A stretch of DNA of 64,000 nt from an uncultured Clostridia bacterium (GTDB taxonomy: Bacteria; Bacillota; Clostridia; Oscillospirales; JAAYOS01): contig CALXFK010000043.1 of NCBI GenBank assembly GCA_944387575.1, positions 3,892 through 67,891 on the forward strand, read 5' to 3'. The notes below the pieces were generated by a model, which was not told where the DNA came from, did not search any database, and saw nothing but the letters and a program-made list of their open reading frames with translations. The number at the start of each line of letters is the position of its first letter. Within the stretch, counting starts at the first letter, position 1. Made by a program: the position numbers and the translations under genes. Shown here in pieces: positions 56,163 to 64,000 of this stretch.

Positions 56163-56810
56163 ATGAAAAAAATTTCTGACCCGCAGGTCATATCGCGCTG
56201 GGTACAAAGGAGCCGGTACCGGGTAGTGCTCGAACAACTGAAGCCGTACCTGTTCCTCATGAGTTACGAAAAGGGGGAGCTTGTTACCTCGCCGCTGCTC
56301 CGGGAGCGGTGGTTCCAGGTGGTGGCGCGTGGGAGTCTCAGCATCTATTTTATCCGGGATGACGGAGGGCGGTATTCACTATCCAGCGGTCGGGCGGACT
56401 ACATTCTCGGCGATATGGAGCTGTTCCTCTCCGGCACCGGCAGCATATACACCGAGGCGGCGGAGCCTCTGCTCTGCATCGCCCTCTCGATAGACCAACA
56501 CCGTGACGCGCTGCTCGAAAACAACCTCTTTTTACAGATGATCTGCATGAGCATGACAGCTAAAATAGAGGCTATCACCGCCCTCGACGCGGCGCCGAGT
56601 TCACTCGCCGACCGCGTTATCTCATACATGCGCTACAAGTGCCAGGACGGCGTGCTCAAAGGTCTTGAGCGTGAATCCTTCCACCTGCATTGCAGCGCAC
56701 GGCAGCTCCAGCGGATACTCAATGAATTTGAAAAACAGGGCAAGGTCGTCAAGATTGGAAAGGGAGCCTACCGCCTGGCGGAGGCAACACCTCAGAGCGA
56801 GGAATGCTGA
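56163..56810 (+). CDS. Crp/Fnr-family transcriptional regulator (putative)
   Basis: N-terminal cNMP-binding-like beta-roll and a C-terminal HTH (SARQLQRILNEFEKQGKV). Divergent from the MATE gene. Confidence 0.6.
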   Translation: MKKISDPQVISRWVQRSRYRVVLEQLKPYLFLMSYEKGELVTSPLLRERWFQVVARGSLSIYFIRDDGGRYSLSSGRADYILGDMELFLSGTGSIYTEAAEPLLCIALSIDQHRDALLENNLFLQMICMSMTAKIEAITALDAAPSSLADRVISYMRYKCQDGVLKGLERESFHLHCSARQLQRILNEFEKQGKVVKIGKGAYRLAEATPQSEEC

Positions 56811-56886
56811 ACTTCCCGGGCGGCGTCCGCAACACGCTCATGCTCTTCCCTGCCGTATTCACGTCTGTGTCTGCGTACACCGGTTT

Positions 56887-57870
56887 TCACGACCGCTTCC
56901 TCAACATATTTTTCAACGCCATGACCGCGCCGAAGAGAACCGCCATGACCGGCCAGATTATCCATGTCGCGCCCCAGCGCCCGGTCATGAAGCTGAGCGC
57001 GAGGTACACGGCGAGCACAAAACACCAGTAAAACGCGACAAACGGTTCGTTTTTCCGGTCCTCCTCCTTCTTCTCGCGCGTGAAGTCGCCCTCTTCCAGC
57101 AGTTTCTGGTAGCTTCCCCAGACGAACGCAGCCCGCACTATCATCCCTACTCCGACCGCGACAAACGCGAAAATACAGGCTGTCGCGCAGCCGGTGAGAA
57201 ACTCATTTTCGGCGGCGGTCGAGAGCATGAGCGGGAGCACGCTTACAATGCAGGCGACAATTCCGATAGTGATAAGCTTTTTATATGCAGGCTCGTACTC
57301 CCCACGTTTGCTTTCAACTATACCTGCGACGCCGTATTCGGTGCGTATCGGTTCTTTTTCCAGGTATTCGTACCGGCTGAGCCGCATACCGGTCAGCACG
57401 ATGAGCGCCACCCCTGCAGCCACCATCAATATCAGCGCGCATATCCCGAGCGAGTACGCCGCCGACCCGGACATTGCAATCTTTCCGTTTTCCGAGGCAG
57501 ACGCGAGCATTATCAGAAGTGCGGGAGATAAGATGCAGAGACTCACACCGTTTGCGAATCTCGACGCAGACGAGCGCACCATATCAAGATATCCATTGGC
57601 TTCCTCCAGCGTGACGGTGCGGACGCCGTCATCAATATCCTGTTCTTCGTTGACGCACCCGCCTTCCGCCGGAGCGTCATCCTTTAGAAGATAGTCGGTG
57701 CTCACGCCGAACAGTTTGCTCATTGCGACTATCCTGTCCAGGTCGGGAAGCGACGACATCGACTCCCACTTCGACACCGATTGCCTTGTCACTCCCAGCC
57801 GCATGGCGAGTTCCTCCTGCGACCACCCCTGTTCCTTGCGCAGTCTGATTATCTTCTCTGCAAGAATCAT
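56887..57870 (-). CDS. XRE-family HTH protein with C-terminal multi-TM domain
   Basis: LRKEQGWSQEELAMRLGVTRQSVSKWE HTH_3 motif followed by about 6 TM helices. Confidence 0.75.
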   Translation of the reverse strand: MILAEKIIRLRKEQGWSQEELAMRLGVTRQSVSKWESMSSLPDLDRIVAMSKLFGVSTDYLLKDDAPAEGGCVNEEQDIDDGVRTVTLEEANGYLDMVRSSASRFANGVSLCILSPALLIMLASASENGKIAMSGSAAYSLGICALILMVAAGVALIVLTGMRLSRYEYLEKEPIRTEYGVAGIVESKRGEYEPAYKKLITIGIVACIVSVLPLMLSTAAENEFLTGCATACIFAFVAVGVGMIVRAAFVWGSYQKLLEEGDFTREKKEEDRKNEPFVAFYWCFVLAVYLALSFMTGRWGATWIIWPVMAVLFGAVMALKNMLRKRS

Positions 57871-58017
57871 AATACGACCCCCGTTTCATTTTTTCTTTCG
57901 CCTGAAAGGTACCACAAATCCCGGTTGCGCGCCACCAACTCTGGTATAAAATCTGTCAACCGGCGGTTGCGGACCCGCATTTTCCGAAAAATCAAAGCGA
58001 AATGGGTAGTTTCACTC

Positions 58018-58428
58018 TCATATCAAAATGCCGTCGCAGTGGTCAATTTCATGCTGGATTATCTGCGCCGTCCAGCCGGAAAACGTCTTTTGCCGCTCCT
58101 GGAACTTCTCGTTCTGCCAGCGCACCTTTATCGTTTTCCACCGTCCAGCCGAGCGGACGCCCTCCAGCGAAAGGCAGCCCTCCTCCGCCTGGTACGGTCC
58201 TGACTTTTTGACTATCTCGGGGTTGAACATCACCATGTACTCCCCGCCGTTGTCAAACGCTATTATCCGCTTGCACACGCCTATCATATTTGCCGCCATC
58301 CCGACGCAGCCGTCCCGGTGGTGCTCGAGCGTCTCGAGCAGGTCACGGGCGGTCTGCAAGTCCTGTTCGGTGGCGCGCTCCGCCTTCATGGCAAGAAACA
58401 TTTTGTCTTTACATATCTCACGTATCAT
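58018..58428 (-). CDS. def: peptide deformylase
   Basis: Motifs GVGMAANMIG, EGCLS and HEIDHCDG. Confidence 0.9.
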   Translation of the reverse strand: MIREICKDKMFLAMKAERATEQDLQTARDLLETLEHHRDGCVGMAANMIGVCKRIIAFDNGGEYMVMFNPEIVKKSGPYQAEEGCLSLEGVRSAGRWKTIKVRWQNEKFQERQKTFSGWTAQIIQHEIDHCDGILI

Positions 58429-58517
58429 CCGTACCTCCGCTTCTGTTTGCGCTTGTCGAACTTCGAAATTTAGGTTATACTTGAAAAAGGATACAACTTT
58501 GTAAAGGGGTGGGCTGG

Positions 58518-58913
58518 ATGCTTGAAGTAGTTGCGGCGCTCATATGGGACGGTGACAGGTTCATGATCTGCCAGCGCCCGGAAAACAAGCCGCGCGCGCT
58601 GCTCTGGGAGTTCGTCGGCGGAAAGGTTGAGCCGGGCGAGACGAAGGAGCAGGCGCTCGTTCGAGAATGCCGTGAGGAGATCGACGTCACGCCTGATGTG
58701 GGGTCGGTATTCATGGACGTTATCCACGAGTATCCCGACGTAACCGTACACCTGACCCTGTTCAACGCAACCGTCCGGGAGGGCGCCGTTAAAAAACTTG
58801 AACACGCCGACATCCGCTGGATAACCGTCTCCGAAATAGATCGGTACGTGTTCTGTCCGGCGGACGAGGAGATACTGAAGCGCCTGAAAGCTGACGCACC
58901 AGGTCGCTTATGA
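58518..58913 (+). CDS. NUDIX hydrolase (MutT/8-oxo-dGTPase-like)
   Basis: Nudix box WEFVGGKVEPGETKEQALVRECREEIDV. Confidence 0.85.
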   Translation: MLEVVAALIWDGDRFMICQRPENKPRALLWEFVGGKVEPGETKEQALVRECREEIDVTPDVGSVFMDVIHEYPDVTVHLTLFNATVREGAVKKLEHADIRWITVSEIDRYVFCPADEEILKRLKADAPGRL

Positions 58914-58944
58914 ATTTTAATTCAAGTACGAACGGAGAATAACC

Positions 58945-59295
58945 ATGCCACGCACCGACGTAACGCAGATGCCCTTTTCCAGGGTATACCCACTTCTCGT
59001 GGCGAAAGCCGGGAAGAAGGGGCGCACCCGCGGGGAGGTGGACGAGGTGACCAGCTGGCTCACCGGATACACCGCGGAGGAACTCGCACAGTTCGAATGC
59101 TCCGACATCACATACGGCGCTTTCTTCCAAAACGCGCCGCATCCGAACCCGAATCGCACGCTCATCACCGGAAAGGTGTGCGGAGTTAAGGTCGAAGAGA
59201 TAGACGACCCGCTTATGCGAGACATCCGCTGCCTCGACAAGCTGGTCGATGAACTCGCAAAGGGAAAACCGATGGAGTGCATACTTCGGAAGTAG
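58945..59295 (+). CDS. DUF2200-family protein
   Basis: FSRVYPLLVAKAGKKGRT..EVDEV..WLTGY is characteristic of DUF2200. 116 aa. Confidence 0.75.
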   Translation: MPRTDVTQMPFSRVYPLLVAKAGKKGRTRGEVDEVTSWLTGYTAEELAQFECSDITYGAFFQNAPHPNPNRTLITGKVCGVKVEEIDDPLMRDIRCLDKLVDELAKGKPMECILRK

Positions 59296-59361
59296 ACGCC
59301 GCGCGCTTCCAGTCCGCAAAATAGTCATGAATACAGCGACCGTCACTGCTTCTGGATACAT

Positions 59362-59943
59362 TCACCCCTGAGCGCGCCGCAAATCGCTATGCTCTTTTAT
59401 GACCTCAGCAATGGTCTCCGCCGCAAGCCGCGACCCCGCCTCGCTCGGATGGACACCGTCGTCGGCATAGAGCTCCTGCGTGTCCGACAGTTCATAAAAA
59501 CGCCGCCCGACATCGGCTATAAGAGCGACGTTTTCGAGCGCTGCCCTGTGGTATGCCTCCAACATTCCGCGTACCATCCATTCGTAGTCCCAGCCTTTGA
59601 CCTTCAGCCTGTCCCCGCCTTTCTTGTAACCCCATGTCGCGTAGAGGATGGGGAGCGCCCCATTCTCCCGTATCTGCTTGCACAGCCGCCGGGCGCTTGA
59701 AAAGAAGCGGTCGGGCGCGGTCACAGGTCCATGGCTCATCTCCTGCAAAACCACAAAGTCCCAGCGCTCCTCCCGCAGCGCAGCCTGCGTAAGCGCACCC
59801 AGCCGGGCGGCGGGGTTCAGGTGTTCGGAGAGCCGCGCACCGCCGCGTGTGTGCTGAACCACCTCCGCCCCGGTCAGCTCTGCGAGCATCCGGGGCATAT
59901 CGTTGTAAAAGGTAAGGCTGTTTCCCAGCATAAGTATCCGCAT
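59362..59943 (-). CDS. SGNH/GDSL-like hydrolase-fold protein
   Basis: N-terminus MRILMLGNSLTFYNDMP (GNS block I) and a C-terminal DGVHPS (block V). ATG sits behind AAGGAG. Confidence 0.6.
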   Translation of the reverse strand: MRILMLGNSLTFYNDMPRMLAELTGAEVVQHTRGGARLSEHLNPAARLGALTQAALREERWDFVVLQEMSHGPVTAPDRFFSSARRLCKQIRENGALPILYATWGYKKGGDRLKVKGWDYEWMVRGMLEAYHRAALENVALIADVGRRFYELSDTQELYADDGVHPSEAGSRLAAETIAEVIKEHSDLRRAQG

Positions 59944-60212
59944 AACAGACGCTCCTTCTTTTCTGGTTGTACCGCAGGTCATCCATCCTTTGAGGTCACT
60001 GCAGCGCCGGGTTCACTCTCAACACCTATAAGCACATCTCCAATGATATGCAGAGAAGTGCGGCGGCTTCATGGAAGCGGTCACGACCAAGCCGTAAACG
60101 GAGCCGCCTCACCCGCCGGAGGAGAGCCGGTATAAGGTGATATCGTTCGAGAGAGTGGGGTAAAAGCAGCGCTTTAAAATATTGTCAATAGAATCAATAA
60201 GTACTAAGGACG

Positions 60213-60413
60213 GTGGGCCGTGTGTATTTTCAAAGACTTAAAGATTTGCGTGAAGATAAAGCCCTGCGGCAGGAGGATGTGGCGGAAATCCTGGGAATCA
60301 GCCAGACCGTTTATTCCCGCTATGAGCGTGGGTGCCAGACCATCCCGGGGCTCCATCTGCTGCAATTGGCGGACTACTACATCGTCCACTTTTGTAAATT
60401 AGGTATGGGTTAG
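60213..60413 (+). CDS. small XRE-family HTH protein, possibly C-terminally truncated
   Basis: LRQEDVAEILGISQTVYSRYERG is an HTH_3 motif. The expected ...LADYY.VS.DYLLG tail is replaced by IVHFCKLGMG*. Confidence 0.55.
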   Translation: MGRVYFQRLKDLREDKALRQEDVAEILGISQTVYSRYERGCQTIPGLHLLQLADYYIVHFCKLGMG

Positions 60414-60502
60414 GAATCTGGCTGTTTCAGCCGCTCGTACTCCCACCACTTTTTACCCCTTGAACCACCGCAAAAAGCACTGTACAAACTGCAAAGCAGA
60501 AC

Positions 60503-60543
60503 AAAAAACACAGAAAACCGCCTGTTCGGGCGGTTTTTCTGTG
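60503..60543 (-). terminator. terminator of tRNA-Pro
   Basis: Minus strand reads CACAGAAAAACCGCC-CGAACA-GGCGGUUUUCUGUG followed by UUUUUU. Confidence 0.7.
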
Positions 60544-60547
60544 AAGG

Positions 60548-60623
60548 TGGTCGGAGTGCGGGGACTCGAACCCCGGGCCTCCTGCTCCCAAAGCAGGCGC
60601 GCTACCAACTGCGCAACACCCCG
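60548..60623 (-). tRNA. tRNA-Pro (TGG)
   Basis: RC reads CGGGGTGTTGCGCAGTTGGTAGCGCG CCTGCTTTGGGAGCAGG ...GGTTCGAGTCCCCGCACTCCGACCA. Confidence 0.9.
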
Positions 60624-60656
60624 ATATCCCCCCGGCGGTCAGCCGGGGCTTATTTT

Positions 60657-61994
60657 TTACTCTTTTACACTCTCTATTGCGGCGACGACATGCGCGCACG
60701 CGCGCTCCACCCGGTCCGCCTCAATACCCTCGACCATCACGCGAACAAGCGCCTCCGTACCGCTCGGGCGGACGAGTATCCGACCCTCGCCGAGCATCGC
60801 CTCCGCCTCCTTCGTTGCCGAGACGACCTCCGGGGCACTCGCAAGCCGATGCTTGACGCTCGCCGGAACCGTAACGTTCCGCAGTATCTGCGGGTACTGC
60901 CTGATCTCGTTGTCAAGCTCGCTAAGCTTCTTCCCGCTCGCCGCGAGCATCCCGAGGAAAAGTACCGCGGTGAGCTGCCCGTCGCCGGTGGTGGTGTAGT
61001 CGAGAAATATCAGATGCCCCGACTGCTCGCCTCCGAGCACGAAACCGCCCTTCCGCATCTCCTCGAGCACGTACCTGTCCCCGACCGGGGCGGCTATTAC
61101 CTTCATCCCGTTCGCCTGGGCGAACTTGTGGAACCCGAGGTTCGACATCACGGTCGCCACTATCGTGTCCCCCGCGAGCCTGCCCCGCCTCATCAGTTCA
61201 CGCCCGACTATCGCCATTATATGGTCGCCGTCAACCGGCTCCCCCCGCTCGTTTACCGCGAGACAGCGGTCGGCATCCCCGTCAAACGCGATACCGACAT
61301 CGTACCCGCCCGCTTTCACCCTCTCTGCGAGCGCCCCAAGATGGGTCGAGCCGCAGTCGAGATTTATATTCACGCCGTTAGGAGCGTCCGATATTATGTC
61401 AACCTGTGCCGCAAAACCGCCGAAGATATCACGTGCGGTGCGGGACGCGGAACCATTTGCGCAGTCGATAAGCACGCGCAGACCGCTCATATCGTTCTCG
61501 GCGCAGGAGCGGACGTGCTCAGAATAGCTTGCGGCGGCGTTCACTTCATGGTATACCCTGCCGATGTCCGCGCCGGTCTTGCCGGGCACGCCGTCGGTTA
61601 TCAGCTTTTCGATGCGGTCCTCCATCTCGTCGGGCAGCTTGTAGCCGTTCGCATCAAATATTTTGATTCCATTGTGTTCAAAGGGGTTATGTGAAGCGGA
61701 GATCATTATACCGGCGTCAGCGCCGAGGCGGACAGTGAGGAAAGCGACCGCCGGGGTAGGCACGACGCCCACGAGAAGCACATCCCCGCCCACCGATGTG
61801 ATACCGGCAGCGAGCGCGCTCTCGAGCATATCCGAAGAAATCCTGGTGTCCTTTCCGATGATTATGCGCGGACGGTGTGACGTGGACTCGGTGAGTACTG
61901 TCGCGGCGGCAGCTCCTGTGCGCAGCGCAAGCGCCGCGTCGAGAAAGTCGCCTGCGACCCCGCGAATACCATCGGTACCGAACAAACGTGCCAT
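60657..61994 (-). CDS. glmM: phosphoglucosamine mutase
   Basis: FGTDGIRG N-terminus, active-site SASHNP and GEQSGH. ATG sits behind GGAGGAG. Confidence 0.95.
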   Translation of the reverse strand: MARLFGTDGIRGVAGDFLDAALALRTGAAAATVLTESTSHRPRIIIGKDTRISSDMLESALAAGITSVGGDVLLVGVVPTPAVAFLTVRLGADAGIMISASHNPFEHNGIKIFDANGYKLPDEMEDRIEKLITDGVPGKTGADIGRVYHEVNAAASYSEHVRSCAENDMSGLRVLIDCANGSASRTARDIFGGFAAQVDIISDAPNGVNINLDCGSTHLGALAERVKAGGYDVGIAFDGDADRCLAVNERGEPVDGDHIMAIVGRELMRRGRLAGDTIVATVMSNLGFHKFAQANGMKVIAAPVGDRYVLEEMRKGGFVLGGEQSGHLIFLDYTTTGDGQLTAVLFLGMLAASGKKLSELDNEIRQYPQILRNVTVPASVKHRLASAPEVVSATKEAEAMLGEGRILVRPSGTEALVRVMVEGIEADRVERACAHVVAAIESVKE

Positions 61995-62075
61995 TTTCTC
62001 CTCCAAAAGCGAAAGTACATTGATACTTTACTGCATAGCGGCAGTAAAGTCAAGAGCAACCTGGTACTTTACTAC

Positions 62076-63143
62076 TCAGATGTCAATTTTCTGCTGCTCG
62101 GGCGGCATCTGTGACTGCCCGGGCTGCACCGCCGTGTACGGCACGCCGAGGTGTTCATACGCCTGCCGTGTTGCCATTCTTCCGCGCGGAGTGCGGTTTA
62201 TAAAGCCGAGCTGAAGCAGATACGGCTCATATACGTCCTCTAGCGTGACCGACTCCTCGCCTATCGTGGCGGCGAGCGTCTCAAGCCCGACCGGACCGCC
62301 GCCGAAGTTGAATATTATACTCTCAAGCATCCGACGGTCGGTTGCATCCAGACCTATTTCGTCCACCTCGAGCATCCCGAGCGCGGCGTCCGCGACCGTC
62401 TTTGTTATGACCCCGTCCGAGCGCACCTGCGCATAGTCGCGCACCCGCCTGAGCAGGCGGTTTGCAATGCGCGGGGTACCGCGCGAACGGCGGGCTATCT
62501 CGAGCGCACCCTCCCGCTCTATCTTGATACCGAGTATCGCCGCCGAGCGCAGCACTATCTGCATGAGCTCCTGCGCCTCATAGAGGTCGAGCCGCAGCAG
62601 TACCCCAAACCGGTCGCGCAGCGGCGCGGAAATCTGACCGGCGCGGGTGGTCGCCCCGATAAGCGTGAAACGCGGCAGGTCGAGCCGTATCGAACGCGCC
62701 GACGGTCCCTTGCCTATTATTATATCGAGCGCGTAATCCTCGAGCGCCGGATAGAGTATCTCCTCGACCGAGCGGTTGAGACGGTGTATCTCGTCGATAA
62801 ATAGCACGTCGTACTGGTTCAGGTTAGTGAGAAGCGCCGCGAGGTCGCCCGCCTTCTCTATCGCCGGACCTGACGTTATGCGTATCTCCGCGCCCATCTC
62901 GTTTGCTATGACCCCGGCAAGCGTGGTCTTTCCGAGACCGGGCGGACCGTACAGGAGGACGTGATCCATCGCGTCCCCTCTCTGCTTTGCCGCCTCTATC
63001 GCGATAGAGAGTTTCTCGCGTGTCTTGTCCTGCCCAATATAGTCTGAAAGCTGCTTTGGGCGCAGCGACTGCTCAAATCCGTCCTCCAGCATCCGCCCCG
63101 CCGAGACGACCCGCTGTTCAGTATCGTCAAACTCAATACTCAT
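62076..63143 (-). CDS. ruvB: Holliday junction branch-migration helicase RuvB
   Basis: LRP..L.DYIGQ, Walker [10 protein letters not shown], Walker B FIDEIHR, and ruvA immediately upstream. Confidence 0.97.
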   Translation of the reverse strand: MSIEFDDTEQRVVSAGRMLEDGFEQSLRPKQLSDYIGQDKTREKLSIAIEAAKQRGDAMDHVLLYGPPGLGKTTLAGVIANEMGAEIRITSGPAIEKAGDLAALLTNLNQYDVLFIDEIHRLNRSVEEILYPALEDYALDIIIGKGPSARSIRLDLPRFTLIGATTRAGQISAPLRDRFGVLLRLDLYEAQELMQIVLRSAAILGIKIEREGALEIARRSRGTPRIANRLLRRVRDYAQVRSDGVITKTVADAALGMLEVDEIGLDATDRRMLESIIFNFGGGPVGLETLAATIGEESVTLEDVYEPYLLQLGFINRTPRGRMATRQAYEHLGVPYTAVQPGQSQMPPEQQKIDI

Positions 63144-63160
63144 CTACACACCTGCAAACA

Positions 63161-63760
63161 CTAAATCCGTACCAGTTTCTTTAGAGCGAGACGCACGACC
63201 TCCTCGGTGGTGAGGACGCTTGCGTCGATACCGCTGAGCGCAGCAGCTATCTCGCGGCGGTCGTACCCGAGCACCGCAAGCGCGGTCTCCGCCTCCGCCG
63301 CAGATGCCGGCTGCGCCGAAAGCTGCGCCGCCGCGTCATACGACGCGCCCTCAAGCTCGGACTTTGTCATCTTGTCCTTCAGTTCAAGGATTATCCGCTG
63401 CGCTATCTTCTTGCCTATCCCGGGCGCGGAGGTGAGCAGCTTCTCGTCGCCGGTTATCACCGCCATTGCGAGCTGCGACGGGCTCGACCCGGACAGTATC
63501 GAGAGCGCCGCCTTCGGACCGACCCCCGAAATCCCGATGAGCATCCGAAAGCAGTTCAGCTCCTCCTGTGTGAAAAATCCGTAAATATCAAATGCGTCCT
63601 CACGTATCACGACATGCGTGTACAGCCGTGCGCGCGAACCGACATCCAGCTCGCGCAGCGTCATCTGGGAGGTGGCACAGGAGAACCCGACCCCGCCCAC
63701 GTCTATCACCGCGAGCGACTGCTCGATGTGCGCCACTGTGCCGTCAAGATAGTAAAACAT
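63161..63760 (-). CDS. ruvA: Holliday junction DNA-binding protein RuvA
   Basis: MFYYLDG.V, HhH motifs (L..ISGVGPK.AL.IL) and a C-terminal domain III. Confidence 0.93.
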   Translation of the reverse strand: MFYYLDGTVAHIEQSLAVIDVGGVGFSCATSQMTLRELDVGSRARLYTHVVIREDAFDIYGFFTQEELNCFRMLIGISGVGPKAALSILSGSSPSQLAMAVITGDEKLLTSAPGIGKKIAQRIILELKDKMTKSELEGASYDAAAQLSAQPASAAEAETALAVLGYDRREIAAALSGIDASVLTTEEVVRLALKKLVRI

Positions 63761-63774
63761 TCAGAAATCCCCCG

Positions 63775-64000
63775 CTAAATCGCGTTTTCCGCCGCGCCGC
63801 GCGAGTGCGCGTGACAGATGGCGAGCGCAAGCGCATCCGCCGCGTCATCCGGGCGGGCGACCTTCTCAAGGGCGAGTATCCGTCGGGTCATCTCCATGAC
63901 CTGCTTCTTCTCGGCAAGCCCGTAACCGGTGACCGCCTGCTTTACCTGCATCGGCGTATATTCGTACACCGGCACGCCGTACCTGCTGCACTCGAGCAGG
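63775..64000 (-). CDS. ruvC: crossover junction endodeoxyribonuclease RuvC, C-terminal part (gene continues beyond window)
   Basis: ...[15 protein letters not shown]....L.........D.ADALA.AICHA matches the RuvC C-terminus. The frame is open to the window edge. Confidence 0.85.
   Translation of the reverse strand, partial: LLECSRYGVPVYEYTPMQVKQAVTGYGLAEKKQVMEMTRRILALEKVARPDDAADALALAICHAHSRGAAENAI

Noticed and set aside
60690-61694. 334-aa plus-strand ORF
   Set aside because: It is a shadow frame opposite glmM.

Overview
This 64 kb chromosomal window is high-GC and comes from an endospore-forming Firmicute, probably a Clostridia or Oscillospiraceae-like organism. Supporting markers are spoIIAA-spoIIAB-sigF, spoIIIAA/AB, yunB, ylmC, and valS-folC synteny with a T-box leader. 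Most of the window is housekeeping: ackA, mgtE, ligA, rplS, tldD/pmbA, pcrA, valS, folC, smpB plus tmRNA, def, glmM and ruvCAB. There are six tRNAs: Arg, a Val-Asp-Phe-Cys operon, and Pro. I saw no CRISPR array, transposase, integrase or recognisable defence genes. The standout region is an accessory block that looks more AT-rich by eye, at about 36.5-51.5 kb. On the minus strand, a sequence that reads as a class-I c-di-GMP (GEMM-I) riboswitch with its own terminator precedes a tightly packed operon. That operon encodes a VTC/triphosphate-tunnel protein, a DUF4956 membrane protein, a secreted CotH kinase, a membrane-anchored TIM-barrel-like protein, a HEAT-repeat membrane protein, a processive GT2 synthase (QxxRW), a DivIVA-like coiled coil and a degenerate-GGDEF/EAL protein. 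A second GGDEF*/EAL gene follows, and an intact 7TM-type GGDEF cyclase is transcribed divergently. I read this as a self-contained c-di-GMP-gated exopolymer module with no characterised function that I know of. A second oddity is an AT-rich islet next to the tRNA operon (11.1-12.6 kb). It holds a CheX(N-half)/CheY(C-half) chimeric ORF and a split FapA/DUF342 gene. Other cis elements are a long terminator-containing mgtE leader (M-box candidate) and several consensus sigma-A promoters and intrinsic terminators. All calls come from reading the sequence and from remembered family signatures. No searches were run.
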